Shown one piece after another: positions 1 through 9,045 of a DNA stretch of 64,000 bases. The translations under genes and the position numbers were made by a program. The first letter of the stretch is position 1. The number at the start of each line of letters is the position of its first letter. The stretch is from an uncultured Gammaproteobacteria bacterium (GTDB lineage: Bacteria; Pseudomonadota; Gammaproteobacteria; Thiotrichales; Thiotrichaceae). The stretch is taken from contig CAWJZX010000013.1 of the NCBI GenBank assembly GCA_963847495.1, positions 323,716 to 387,715 on the forward strand, in the 5' to 3' direction. The notes beneath the pieces were generated by a model. The model made no database searches, was not told the origin of the DNA, and was given only the letters and a program-made list of their open reading frames with translations.

Positions 1-246
1 AAATACGTCGATTACGGATCATTAGTGAATCTCGGCAAATACAGTACCGTCGGCAATTTAATGGGTAACTTATTGGGCAGATGGTCAAAAAGTTTTTTTA
101 TAGAAGGCCTTATCGCACGGCTTATGTATAAATCTTTGTATAAAATGCACCTGCTTGCGTTGCATGGATACACACATCAAATACTACTCACCATTGCTAA
201 TTTGTTAACAAAACGTATGCTTAAGCCACGTTTGAAATTGCATTAA
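1..246 (+). CDS. ndh: Type II NADH dehydrogenase (Ndh), C-terminal fragment; the gene starts upstream of the window
   Basis: The frame is open from base 1 (KYVDYGSLVNLGKYSTVGNLMGNLLG...). The C-terminus ...MHLLALHGY...KPRLKLH resembles the conserved Ndh C-terminus (E. coli Ndh ends RPRLKLH). Track ORF 25..246 is in the same frame. Confidence 0.7.
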   Translation, partial: KYVDYGSLVNLGKYSTVGNLMGNLLGRWSKSFFIEGLIARLMYKSLYKMHLLALHGYTHQILLTIANLLTKRMLKPRLKLH

Positions 247-260
247 TTATTGATTTATAA

Positions 261-291
261 AAAACACACCCCCGCCTTTTCGGGTGTTTTT
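261..291. terminator. Bidirectional rho-independent terminator between convergent ndh and hemN; also a hairpin-forming variant of the C-box head
   Basis: AAAAC-ACACCC-ccgccttttc-GGGTGT-TTTTT: a 6-bp GC-rich stem (266-271 with 282-287), with an A-run upstream and a T-run downstream. Confidence 0.6.
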
Positions 292-1669
292 ATATCACTT
301 TAGAAAAACTCTGCTGGGTCGTTTGTTGCCGCAAATGTTCATCAAACACCATACAGATATTACGGATCAACATGCGCCCGCTAGGGCTGACCTTAATATC
401 ACTCTCAGAAACACTGAGTAGCCCATCAGCCTGCATGGCTTTTAACTCTTCGAGTTCTAAAGCGAAGTAATCACTGAAGTGCACACCATATTCTTTCTCG
501 ATTGCTTTGAAGTCCAGTTCAAACTGACAACTCAATTGCTGGATGATAGTGCGACGTATTAGATCATCTTCATCCATTTCAAGGCCGCGGATTATGGGCA
601 GTTTGCCCGCATCAATCGCGGCATAGTAGCCTTCCAGATCTTTGGCATTCTGGCTGTAGCAATTGTGCACGCTACTAATCGAGCTGACACCCATCGCTAC
701 CAGGTCACATTCTGAATGTGTGGTGTAACCCTGAAAATTGCGGTGCAAACTACCCTGCGCCTGTGCAATAGCAAGCTCATCATCGGGTTTGGCAAAGTGA
801 TCCATGCCGATGTATTCATAGCCGGCACTAGTTAATGTATCGATACTGTTATGCAGGATTTCCAGCTTATCACTGGAGCTGGGCAATTCATCGGCATTGA
901 TGCGGCGTTGGGGTTTAAAGATATGTGGCATGTGCGCATAGTTGAAAACTGACATGCGATCAGGATTCATCTCAATTGCTTTTTCCAGGGTTTTTGCAAA
1001 GCCACCAACGGTTTGCAAAGGCAGACCATAAATCAGGTCAATACTCACGGAGTGTGCATCATTTTCACGGCAGGCATCTATAATCGCCTGGGTTTCATTA
1101 ATCGGCTGAATGCGATTTACCGCTTTTTGCACCCTGTCATCCACATCCTGTACGCCAAGGCTAAAACGATTAAAGCCAACTTCGCGTAGCAGCTTGATCG
1201 TCGCTTTACTCACACTTCTGGGATCAATTTCAATTGAGTAATCGCCTGAGTCGTCATCTAACAAGTTGAATGTTTTGTGTGTGTAATCCATTAGAGCTTT
1301 TATTTCATCATGCTTCAAAAATGTCGGCGTACCACCGCCCCAATGCAACTGTTCAACCACGCGTGACTTGTCAAACAGGCGGGCTTGCATATCCATTTCA
1401 CGATACAGATAATCCAGATAGACAGGCGATTTAGAATAATCCTTGGTGGCGATCTTGTTACAGGCACAATAAAAACAAATGGTGTCGCAAAAAGGAATAT
1501 GAAAATACAGCGATAAGGGATCCGCATTATTATTACTCACCTCGGCATGCTGGCGATAATTCGCCTCCTTAAACTCGGGAGTAAAAGAAACCGCTGTCGG
1601 ATATGAAGTATAGCGCGGGCCCGATTTGTCATAGCGTTTAATCAGGTCGGCATCAAATTTGATTTTCAT
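290..1669 (-). CDS. hemN: Oxygen-independent coproporphyrinogen III oxidase (radical SAM)
   Basis: 459 aa. It has the CxxxCxxC radical-SAM motif (HIPFCDTICFYCACNK), GGGTPT, and full-length HemN-like architecture. Confidence 0.93.
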   Translation of the reverse strand: MKIKFDADLIKRYDKSGPRYTSYPTAVSFTPEFKEANYRQHAEVSNNNADPLSLYFHIPFCDTICFYCACNKIATKDYSKSPVYLDYLYREMDMQARLFDKSRVVEQLHWGGGTPTFLKHDEIKALMDYTHKTFNLLDDDSGDYSIEIDPRSVSKATIKLLREVGFNRFSLGVQDVDDRVQKAVNRIQPINETQAIIDACRENDAHSVSIDLIYGLPLQTVGGFAKTLEKAIEMNPDRMSVFNYAHMPHIFKPQRRINADELPSSSDKLEILHNSIDTLTSAGYEYIGMDHFAKPDDELAIAQAQGSLHRNFQGYTTHSECDLVAMGVSSISSVHNCYSQNAKDLEGYYAAIDAGKLPIIRGLEMDEDDLIRRTIIQQLSCQFELDFKAIEKEYGVHFSDYFALELEELKAMQADGLLSVSESDIKVSPSGRMLIRNICMVFDEHLRQQTTQQSFSKVI

Positions 1670-1709
1670 GGGCAGTGAGTTCTCAGTTTAGCATCAGTGA
1701 ATAGTATTA

Positions 1710-1751
1710 ATTGTAGTTTAACAATGCCGGAATAGACTTGATCTGTATCAT
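1710..1751 (-). promoter_or_regulatory. Class II FNR-type promoter of hemN
   Basis: Read on the minus strand: aTGAT-acag-ATCAA (1738-1751; consensus TTGAT-N4-ATCAA). A TACAAT -10 hexamer (1710-1715) starts 30 nt after the box centre, which places the box at about -41.5. The start codon is at 1669. Confidence 0.55.
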
Positions 1752-1776
1752 GATAGTTAAGGAGTCTTTGATTAAG

Positions 1777-1807
1777 CACACCCCCCACCTTATTAAGCGG
1801 TTTTTGC
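1777..1807 (+). repeat. C-box head
   Basis: CACACCCCCCACCTTATTAAGCGGTTTTTGC. Confidence 0.8.
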
Positions 1808-1859
1808 ATAGTATGTTTTGAGTGGTTTCTTTATGCTGGATTATCTCTAATCTATACCG

Positions 1860-2279
1860 CTATCGACTATCAGCCATTATCATATCCAGATCTCGTTGTG
1901 CCTGCTTTTGTTTTACCAGGTCGCGGTCTTGCAGCATCTCGCATTCATCCCTAATCATTTCCGCGATTGTCACAGGATAGAACCTGCAATCTTCAGGCCG
2001 ATCGTAATAGATATCACAGGTATAAACAGTTGAATCAGGCGCTTTCTTCAGCCACGGACACAGCTCTATTAGCTTGCCAGTCTCAGGACTCATCCAGATC
2101 TTGCCATCGCTAATATACTCAGCGATTTCAGGCCTGAAAACATCCCAATACTCTATTTCATCTGCCGATGCGGAAAGCTGGCCGTTACTATACTTTACGC
2201 AACATTTGCCGCATGAGTTGCATTCTTTGATGTTGACCTCCCTGTTATTTAGCGAGCTTTTAGGTTGCTTTGTTTGCAA
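1860..2279 (-). CDS. YkgJ-family cysteine-cluster protein (UPF0153)
   Basis: 139 aa with CNSCGKCC ... C-rich C-terminal half (CPWL, YTCDIYYDRPEDCRFYP), typical of the YkgJ family. Confidence 0.7.
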   Translation of the reverse strand: MQTKQPKSSLNNREVNIKECNSCGKCCVKYSNGQLSASADEIEYWDVFRPEIAEYISDGKIWMSPETGKLIELCPWLKKAPDSTVYTCDIYYDRPEDCRFYPVTIAEMIRDECEMLQDRDLVKQKQAQRDLDMIMADSR

Positions 2280-2343
2280 CCTTAACCTCGATTATGTCGC
2301 CGCTTTTTGGCGACGAGTTTGATCTAGGGCATTGATAAAAGAT

Positions 2344-2370
2344 TACCCCCCACCTTTTAGATGGTTTTAA
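2344..2370 (+). repeat. C-box head
   Basis: TACCCCCCACCTTTTAGATGGTTTTAA. Confidence 0.8.
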
Positions 2371-2395
2371 TCAGATAAAGGCATGTTCAGTTGTT

Positions 2396-3319
2396 TTAGC
2401 GAATATGCCATAGGCGCTCTGCATTACCATGCGCGATGAGGTGAGCAACTTTAACCGGGAGTTTCCCAAGTGCTGGCTTCCAGAACTTCATTTGTTTTAA
2501 ATAAAAATCGCTCCAGTGCTCAGAAAAAACATTATCTAGTGCAAAAACGAATCTCTCAGGATGTTTAATCAAGAGATTGCGCCACACAGGTGCGAATTGC
2601 TCCCCTTTAAATACGTTTACCCAAGGTTGATTCGAGCTTTTAATGGCTTCAGGATTTGTCCATCCCATATGAAAATACAAGTTTTTATGTCTGTTAATCA
2701 GTCGCCTGGTCTCGTCTGGTTTCAATTGCCCCATGTGAGTAAGTACAAATGGCTGTCTGGAATAGTTATCGAGTAAACTTTCCAATGCATCCATATAGCG
2801 CTTTTTCTTTTCCCCATGCAAGGCACCAAATTCGATATGTATTACAAATGGCCAGCGATTATCAATGGCATATTTAAGCGCGGCAGCGACTCGTTTATCC
2901 TGCGGATAAACCGCATACTCTGGTGCCTTATTACCCTTTTTTGCATGATATAGAAGAATTTCCGCCATGGCAGCGTATTTTCGGCTACCAACCTGAGTCT
3001 TAAGTGAATTGTAGTATTTCTTTGATCCGGCAATATAGGGTTGACCTTTAGTTCTTACTGCTGGCGTTATTTTGTCACGGTGCTTTGATGCGAACTCAAG
3101 AAGATCCTTTCCCTTCAATTGCCCACGGGCAGACAAGATCGTATGTCTTACGCCACCTTGTTTCATAAGGGATATAACTCTGTTCAAGGGAACTACCTTA
3201 TGATCAACTTGACTGTGTGCATCAATAAAATAAAGTGGTTTGCCATGCGCGCTCACCGCAAGGGCCATCGTAATAAGAAACGTGAAAATAACGTCCGACC
3301 TAATTATATATTTAATCAT
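2396..3319 (-). CDS. Secreted amidohydrolase-family (TIM-barrel metal hydrolase) protein
   Basis: The track ORF runs to 3394. The likely start is ATG 3319 (MIKYIIRS..., signal peptide, AAGGA Shine-Dalgarno), just after the stop of the upstream gene at 3327. It has FIDAHSQVDH and HIEFG motifs and is a distant paralog of 47295..48194. Confidence 0.6.
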   Translation of the reverse strand: MIKYIIRSDVIFTFLITMALAVSAHGKPLYFIDAHSQVDHKVVPLNRVISLMKQGGVRHTILSARGQLKGKDLLEFASKHRDKITPAVRTKGQPYIAGSKKYYNSLKTQVGSRKYAAMAEILLYHAKKGNKAPEYAVYPQDKRVAAALKYAIDNRWPFVIHIEFGALHGEKKKRYMDALESLLDNYSRQPFVLTHMGQLKPDETRRLINRHKNLYFHMGWTNPEAIKSSNQPWVNVFKGEQFAPVWRNLLIKHPERFVFALDNVFSEHWSDFYLKQMKFWKPALGKLPVKVAHLIAHGNAERLWHIR

Positions 3320-3326
3320 CCTTGCC

Positions 3327-3623
3327 TCACTTTGATTTTTTGGCTTTGAGCTGACGTAATTTTTTGCGTTCCTGTTTATTAGGCACATGCTCACGAGTAG
3401 CTAATACATCTTTCAACTGTTTGTAAGCCTGTTTCCATTCAGGGCTATCTTTGTATTCGATGATGCCTGTTATAGATGCCGAAGGTTTAGCCTCGTAAAC
3501 GCCATGATCGGAAGCAACGAATGACTCTTCACATTTGAGCAAAGCAACACGGCGGCTCATCAATGTGCCGGTATGCATTTTTTCAAGCACCTCAATCGTT
3601 TTGATTTCAACCTTACTCACCAT
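3327..3623 (-). CDS. Hypothetical 98-aa protein with a lysine-rich C-terminus
   Basis: Intact ORF forming an operon-like pair with the amidohydrolase. A decayed paralog lies at 5344..5618. Confidence 0.5.
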   Translation of the reverse strand: MVSKVEIKTIEVLEKMHTGTLMSRRVALLKCEESFVASDHGVYEAKPSASITGIIEYKDSPEWKQAYKQLKDVLATREHVPNKQERKKLRQLKAKKSK

Positions 3624-3725
3624 TTTTTATTACCGACCAATAAAAATACACACTGAATAGTTTAACGTTTAATTCACATATTAATTAAACATAAGTCAAA
3701 AATGAGTGAGAAAGGTCGTTGAATT

Positions 3726-3757
3726 CACACCCCCCTATTTTTTAGGCGGTTTTTTGC
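3726..3757 (+). repeat. C-box head
   Basis: CACACCCCCCTATTTTTTAGGCGGTTTTTTGC. Confidence 0.8.
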
Positions 3758-3831
3758 TGCAACACATTTTAACAATAAACTGCTTGGCATATTGCCCAAG
3801 TGCATACGGTCTACAAATTAATGTCGCCTGC

Positions 3832-4683
3832 TTAATGCTCCAACAAGCCAAGTAGCACCCGATAATATTCATCAGGGTTTTCTTCCCATGGAAAATGCAC
3901 ACAGCCTGTTAAAACATGGTGTTTAGAGTTATTGAGTAAACGTCTGTACTCACTCAGACTTTCAGGTTGCAACACATCATCACGGCAATGAATCAGACCA
4001 CTTATCTTGTTTGATAGTTGCATGATATCGGCATCAATAAGTGGCGCATTTTTATACTCTTCCCAGATTCTGACATTTAACTTATTATTAATATCCACTT
4101 GCGAAAAATTTAAAGCATAGTCCCACCCTTGTTTAGCATCCGCAAAATAACTGGCAATCTTGCTTCGAAAATTATGAAGCTGTTCTGCAGGTGTACCTAT
4201 ATCATCGAGTGTCAATCTTGAATCAATTTCAGGATGACTATAGAGCTTACTCTCAATATGCTCCATACTGAATAGGGACGGATCAACCGGATTATTTAAT
4301 ACCAGTTTACTCACCCGTTCAGGATGATTTTTAGCAAAGAGCAACACCTGCAAGGCCCCCCATGAGTGCCCCCAAAGCACCACTGGCTCTTTTGGTAACA
4401 CCTCATACATATCTGCAAACCACTGGGACAAGACAGGCTCATCTGGTTTTAAAATTAAGCCCGTATTCTCACCAACACCGCGCATATCCCAGCGGCACAC
4501 CTTGTAATTTTTACTTAATCTTTTTTGTATAGGTTCCAGATTCCAGGTCGTAAACGCAGGCCCTCCTCCAATTAGATAAACCAGAGGACCCTGACCTTCA
4601 CAACTTACCTTGATTTCAGCAGCTGCAATCGAATGGCAGTAAAACAGGATGAATATAAAGAAAAATCTCAAAAAATATTTCAT
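3832..4683 (-). CDS. Secreted alpha/beta hydrolase
   Basis: 283 aa with a signal peptide and the nucleophile elbow GHSWGA. Confidence 0.75.
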   Translation of the reverse strand: MKYFLRFFFIFILFYCHSIAAAEIKVSCEGQGPLVYLIGGGPAFTTWNLEPIQKRLSKNYKVCRWDMRGVGENTGLILKPDEPVLSQWFADMYEVLPKEPVVLWGHSWGALQVLLFAKNHPERVSKLVLNNPVDPSLFSMEHIESKLYSHPEIDSRLTLDDIGTPAEQLHNFRSKIASYFADAKQGWDYALNFSQVDINNKLNVRIWEEYKNAPLIDADIMQLSNKISGLIHCRDDVLQPESLSEYRRLLNNSKHHVLTGCVHFPWEENPDEYYRVLLGLLEH

Positions 4684-5010
4684 ACAAGTACATTATTTTT
4701 CAGTGAACTTCATAGGCGGAATCGACAACACAATAATTAATTCGTCATTAAAGGAAAAGGCTGGAAATAATAGCCAGCAGCTTATCTGGCAATTTGCCTT
4801 CAAAAAACAATTATTTGTCCGTGACGGTAGAGTTGATTCACAAAAACATTCATTAAATTGATATAAATCATAAGTGACGATCCATTACTGTATACAATAT
4901 ACATTAGAGTTTACGCATTGATTGTCATCGATTGATATTCAATGCGAATCACATGAGGGTTTCTATACATTAGAGTAGCCTCGATAGGTTAAAAAAGGAG
5001 AAATAGAATC

Positions 5011-5244
5011 ATGAATGATAAAGTTGCAGATGTTGTTGTACATATTGATGAGACACTGACAGCGGATCGGTTGAAGTCGCTTGCGGATGCCATACGTGGG
5101 GTAGACGGTGTGATAAGCGCCGGTGCTCAGGATAAGACGCCACACTTGGTAACAGTGCTTTATAATCCTGACAATGTAAACTCGAAGGAAATTCTGGACA
5201 AAGTCAAAAAAGAGGGTTGTCACGCTGAACTAGTAGGAATATAG
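5011..5244 (+). CDS. Hypothetical small protein (77 aa)
   Basis: Strong Shine-Dalgarno (AAAAGGAG) 8 nt upstream. The antisense ORF 4963..5223 is judged spurious. Confidence 0.5.
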   Translation: MNDKVADVVVHIDETLTADRLKSLADAIRGVDGVISAGAQDKTPHLVTVLYNPDNVNSKEILDKVKKEGCHAELVGI

Positions 5245-5343
5245 GGATTGTTATTGTAGTCGAGACGTGATTAAGTAAGAGTGTTTAAAAATCTGTTTCA
5301 ATCCACTAAGCTCTGTCAATAAAAGTGATAAGTGTTCGTTTCA

Positions 5344-5618
5344 CTATGATTTTTTGGCTTTGAGTTGACGTAGTTTTTACGCTCTTGCTTACTTTGCACA
5401 TGTTCGCGATTAACAAGAACATCTTTTAACTGTTTGCAGGCCAGTTTCCATTCAGGTGTGTCCTTAAATTCGATTAACCCAGAGCTGGAGCGAGCCGTTT
5501 GATCCGATAGCTCAAACGAATCATCGCATTTAAGCAGTTCTTACCTACGGCTCATTAAAGAGTCTGTGTGCATTACCTCAAGTTTGGCAAGTGTTTTGGG
5601 TTCTACTTTGTTAGCCAT
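5344..5618 (-). pseudogene. Decayed paralog of the 98-aa gene at 3327..3623
   Basis: Translation is MANKVEPKTLAKLEVMHTDSLMSRR*ELLKCDDSF..., against MVSKVEIKTIEVLEKMHTGTLMSRRVALLKCEESF in the intact copy. There is an in-frame TAA at 5541-5543 and a 1-nt deletion in the lysine-rich tail. Confidence 0.7.
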
Positions 5619-5654
5619 TTGTTTCTTTATAATCTATTGAAAGAGATTATAAAT

Positions 5655-5751
5655 ACACCCCCCACCTTTTTAGGTATTTTTACTTCGGGCCATCATTAAA
5701 AAACAAATCTGTTGTCTCGTTTCACTCGGCTCATTGAGTTTTTTGAAATGA
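5655..5751 (+). repeat. C-box head plus partial middle and tail modules
   Basis: ACACCCCCCACCTTTTTAGGTATTTTT ... CTGTTGTCTCGTTTCACTCGGCTCATTGAGTTTTTTGAAATGA. Confidence 0.8.
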
Positions 5752-5924
5752 TCCTAGCACTTATGATGAGCTCAGCACTAGATCACCTGTAAGGCGAAAC
5801 TAGCACTTAGTTCGTGTGGGTGATTTTTTGATAATTAATTTTTAACGGCTGAACCATGTGGCGGAGGTCCATTGGGCCGACAGTCGCGCTTGAGTCATTT
5901 TTTAGGCGTAACCATTCGCCTTAT

Positions 5925-6137
5925 TCATTTTTGTAAAGCTAATTCCGCTTCAGTTTTAATGCCAAATTTTTTCATCAATAATCTTGGTGGACAGAAGCCG
6001 GTAAATGAACTTTGCAGGCAGTTAAATCCGACAAATAAAGTAACCCACGTCCAATATGGGTGATGAAACAGAGCCAATAAAGACGTGATCATAACCATGA
6101 TCCCTCCAAATGCAAACAGTGTTCGCTCTATAGACAT
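5925..6137 (-). CDS. DUF2892 / YgaP-like small inner-membrane protein
   Basis: 70 aa with two TM helices and the motif GFNCLQSSFTGFCP. Confidence 0.7.
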   Translation of the reverse strand: MSIERTLFAFGGIMVMITSLLALFHHPYWTWVTLFVGFNCLQSSFTGFCPPRLLMKKFGIKTEAELALQK

Positions 6138-6418
6138 AGCATTACCTCTTGTGTTTATCTTGCGTTGAATAAATATTTCTAAATGTCGTGCGCCTAACAG
6201 TATATTAAAAAGACCGATAGCCTTCTACACAATTATCGTGTCGCTGGACTGATTATTTTACTTGCGTAGTTTCGAAAATACTTCATAAGTGTCTTATCTA
6301 CAACATAAATATTTCACTTTATCAGCTTTCTATCCGCATTAATCGTGCCATCGGCAAACATCATTTTTCGTTTTTTATATAGTTTTATGAGATTGTTCAA
6401 CGAAATAGATATAATAAA

Positions 6419-6445
6419 GACACCCCCTACTTTATAAAGGACTCT
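6419..6445 (+). repeat. C-box head
   Basis: GACACCCCCTACTTTATAAAGGACTC. Confidence 0.7.
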
Positions 6446-6750
6446 TCTAGTTCTAAATAAAGTAGTGACTAAGACAAATAATTACTTGCTTATTGATCAG
6501 CTTTCGCTTGAAACCATTTTATTAGCGAATCTTCGGTTTACGGCTACGATCATCGTCCATCAATTTAACCAGCTATTAAGACAGAATGTTTATAGTAGAC
6601 TATATTCTTAATGTGGGAACGGTAGATTACCGTTAGAAAGAGCATAATGTAAAACAGAAATATATCCGCGGCTTTTTTGTCTGGACACCTCCATCCCATC
6701 GAAAATATTTATTATCATATCAATACGATTTGTAACACAATTTACAGGAG

Positions 6751-7374
6751 ATGCAAGACATGACGATCGATCTTGATAGTGCGAAATCTTCTCTGCCACA
6801 GGGCATGACACTAGAGGAATGGTTCGACAAGCAATTCGCTGAGAAAATGGCTGAGTATCAGGCCAACAAAACACCTAAACTATCCATATTGGTATCCAAG
6901 GGAACACTGGACTGGGCCTATACAACATTTATTATTTCATCTACGGCAGCAGCATTGGACTGGGATGTTTCCGTGTTTTTTACCTTTTATGGGCTATCCC
7001 TGCTGAAAAAAGACATGAAACCCGACATTAGTGCCTTGGGTAATCCGGCCATGCCAATGAAAATGCCGTTTGGGCCCAACTGGTTTAGAGATGTTGAATG
7101 GAATATGCCAAATCTAGTCATGGCCGGAATTCCAGGTTTTGAAAAAGTAGCAACTAGTCTTATGAAGGAAACACTTAAACAAAAAGGTGTCTCACCTGTT
7201 CATGAGTTGCGGGATAATTGTGTTGAATTCGGTGTCGAGTTGATTGCCTGCCAAATGACTGTGGATTTGTTTGGTTGGGAAAAGGAAGACTTTATGCCGG
7301 GTATTTCCGACTGGGCGGGCGCGGCCACCTATTTGACTAAGGCACAGGGTGCTGATGTAAGTTTGTTTATCTAA
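6751..7374 (+). CDS. DsrE/DsrF-like family protein
   Basis: 207 aa. LSILVSKGTLDW...FFTFYGL...ACQMTVDLFG resembles the DsrE/F-like family (COG2210). Confidence 0.55.
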   Translation: MQDMTIDLDSAKSSLPQGMTLEEWFDKQFAEKMAEYQANKTPKLSILVSKGTLDWAYTTFIISSTAAALDWDVSVFFTFYGLSLLKKDMKPDISALGNPAMPMKMPFGPNWFRDVEWNMPNLVMAGIPGFEKVATSLMKETLKQKGVSPVHELRDNCVEFGVELIACQMTVDLFGWEKEDFMPGISDWAGAATYLTKAQGADVSLFI

Positions 7375-7461
7375 CAGGCGGAAATTGGATGTATTAATGC
7401 AAGTGGTTGTTATGGCTTGACATTATCGGGGCATCTATATATGTCCAAATTATTTTTTCAG

Positions 7462-7490
7462 TTTTCAATCGAGTCTGCCCCTATTGATAC
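7462..7490 (+). repeat. Module I hairpin (solo)
   Basis: TTCAATCGAGTCTGCCCCTATTGATAC; compare 8990-9018 and 10188-10218. Confidence 0.6.
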
Positions 7491-7707
7491 TGTTTTTATG
7501 CTTTCAAGGAGTCTCTGATCAAGTCGATAGTATTTAAGGGCAGAAAAAAGTGTCTGTAAGTTTCACGAAGTGAGCCGTAATAGTCATTCTGCATTCGCTT
7601 TTAAGTCATTTGCAAGCAAAGCACTAAATATTGTGGCGATCTTCGGGGAAGTTTCAGGCACTTTTAGCTAGCTTAAAATTATTGGACTTGATTAGAGCCT
7701 GCTTAAT

Positions 7708-7731
7708 GACACCCCCTACTTTTAGACGGTT
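7708..7731 (+). repeat. C-box head, left part (split by the IS3 element)
   Basis: GACACCCCCTACTTTTAGACGGTT is followed directly by the IS3 end. The T-run and module I resume at 8983-9018. Confidence 0.8.
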
Positions 7732-7762
7732 TGACGTGGTCAAGGTATTTAGTACAACCTAG

Positions 7763-8629
7763 TTAAGCCGCTTTTAGTTGTTTCTCAAAATCATTAGGGC
7801 AGACATAATCCAACGTCGAATGTAAACGAAAGCTGTTATAGAACATGGAAATGTACTGCACTATATCCTGTCTTGCTTCATTTCGGGTTCGGTAGTCATA
7901 CCATTGCACCCGTTCCTGTTTCAAGCTGCCAAAGAAGCTTTCGGCGACAGCATTATCCCAACAATTACCTTTGCGGCTCATGCTGCCTGTGATCTTGTTA
8001 TCCTTTAATAACTGTCTAAAAGCGTCACTGCCATATTGAGAGCCTCGATCCGAATGATGTATTAAGCCTGGCTTTGGTCTTCTTTGCCATAGAGCCATTT
8101 TCAACGCATCACAGACCAGTTTGGCTTTTATCTTTTTGCTTGTACTCCAACCAACGACTTTGCGTGAACAAAGATCAATCACAACAGCCAAATATAACCA
8201 GCCTTCGCCTGTATTGATATAGGTTATATCTGAGACGTAGACCTGATCTCTATCTGATACATTAAATCGGCGCTTGAGGACATTGGGATATACAGGATTC
8301 TGATGGTTACTATCCGTGGTTACCTTGTACTTCTTTTTGCGACGAACGCTGATACCTGCTTCGCACATGAGCTTTCTCACTCTGTTTCGGCTAACAACAT
8401 GGCTCAGGGCATTTAACGCCCTCTTCATCCGACGACTGCCATAGCTAAAGTCCGTTACTATCGCGAGTTCTTTAATCCATTCGAGCATCTCCTGATGCTC
8501 TGCCGTCTTTTGTTTGTTGGCGGTTACCTTGCAGTAATGATAATAGCCTTGACGACTGACACCCAAAACCCGACATTGCAGGCTGACTGGATAGGTATTT
8601 TTATGCTGGGTGATAAACGTGTATTTCAC
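7763..8629 (-). CDS. IS3-family transposase OrfB (DDE integrase core)
   Basis: 288 aa with DDE-region motifs (VSDITYI, HHSDRGSQYGS, NAVAESFF). Confidence 0.9.
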   Translation of the reverse strand: MKYTFITQHKNTYPVSLQCRVLGVSRQGYYHYCKVTANKQKTAEHQEMLEWIKELAIVTDFSYGSRRMKRALNALSHVVSRNRVRKLMCEAGISVRRKKKYKVTTDSNHQNPVYPNVLKRRFNVSDRDQVYVSDITYINTGEGWLYLAVVIDLCSRKVVGWSTSKKIKAKLVCDALKMALWQRRPKPGLIHHSDRGSQYGSDAFRQLLKDNKITGSMSRKGNCWDNAVAESFFGSLKQERVQWYDYRTRNEARQDIVQYISMFYNSFRLHSTLDYVCPNDFEKQLKAA

Positions 8630-8919
8630 TTCGTTTCGTTGGCAAAAAATACCGTCGCTTTTTTTAGGATGTCCCTCTCCATTTCAAGACGCTTGATACG
8701 CGCTTTAAGCTTGCGATTCTCTGATTGTTCTGGACTCAACTTACCTTTGCCGACAAAGGCGTGTTTGTCCTTCTCTTGATATTCTTTGACCCAGCGACTG
8801 AGTGCATTGATACCCACTTCAAGATTAAGTGCAGCCTCTGCTCTTGAGTAACCTTGTTCAAGGACGAGACTCACTGCATCCTGTTTAAATTCTTTAGAAT
8901 AGCTTTTTCTTTTTGTCAT
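8626..8919 (-). CDS. IS3-family transposase OrfA (HTH)
   Basis: 97 aa, MTKRKSYSKEFKQDAV..., with a leucine-zipper-like C-terminus. The slippery sequence A AAA AAG lies at 8658-8666 (minus strand). Confidence 0.9.
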   Translation of the reverse strand: MTKRKSYSKEFKQDAVSLVLEQGYSRAEAALNLEVGINALSRWVKEYQEKDKHAFVGKGKLSPEQSENRKLKARIKRLEMERDILKKATVFFANETK

Positions 8920-8982
8920 AATATTTACCTCAGTTAAGTTTAATATGCTTAACTGGGTTGTATCAAATATTAGACCACTTCA

Positions 8983-9018
8983 TTTTTCAAAAATTAATTG
9001 AGTCTGGCCCCATTGATT
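8983..9018 (+). repeat. C-box head T-run plus module I (right part of the element split by the IS3)
   Basis: TTTTTCAAAAATTAATTGAGTCTGGCCCCATTGATT. Confidence 0.7.
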
Positions 9019-9045
9019 GAGCAACCAGTAAAAGACCCCTAAATC

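Larger units (their letters stand above)
7732..8982 (-). mobile_element. IS3-family insertion sequence (1251 bp)
   Basis: Terminal inverted repeats TGACGTGGTCAAGGTATTTAGTACAACC (7732-7759) and the reverse complement of 8956-8982 (TGAAGTGGTCTAATATTTGATACAACC). It has orfA and orfB with an A7G slippery site. Confidence 0.9.

Noticed and set aside
2396-3394. N-terminal extension of the amidohydrolase ORF (3320-3394), which overlaps the 98-aa gene
   Set aside because: An internal ATG at 3319 has a Shine-Dalgarno sequence and begins a typical signal peptide. The extension overlaps the upstream gene's 3' end.
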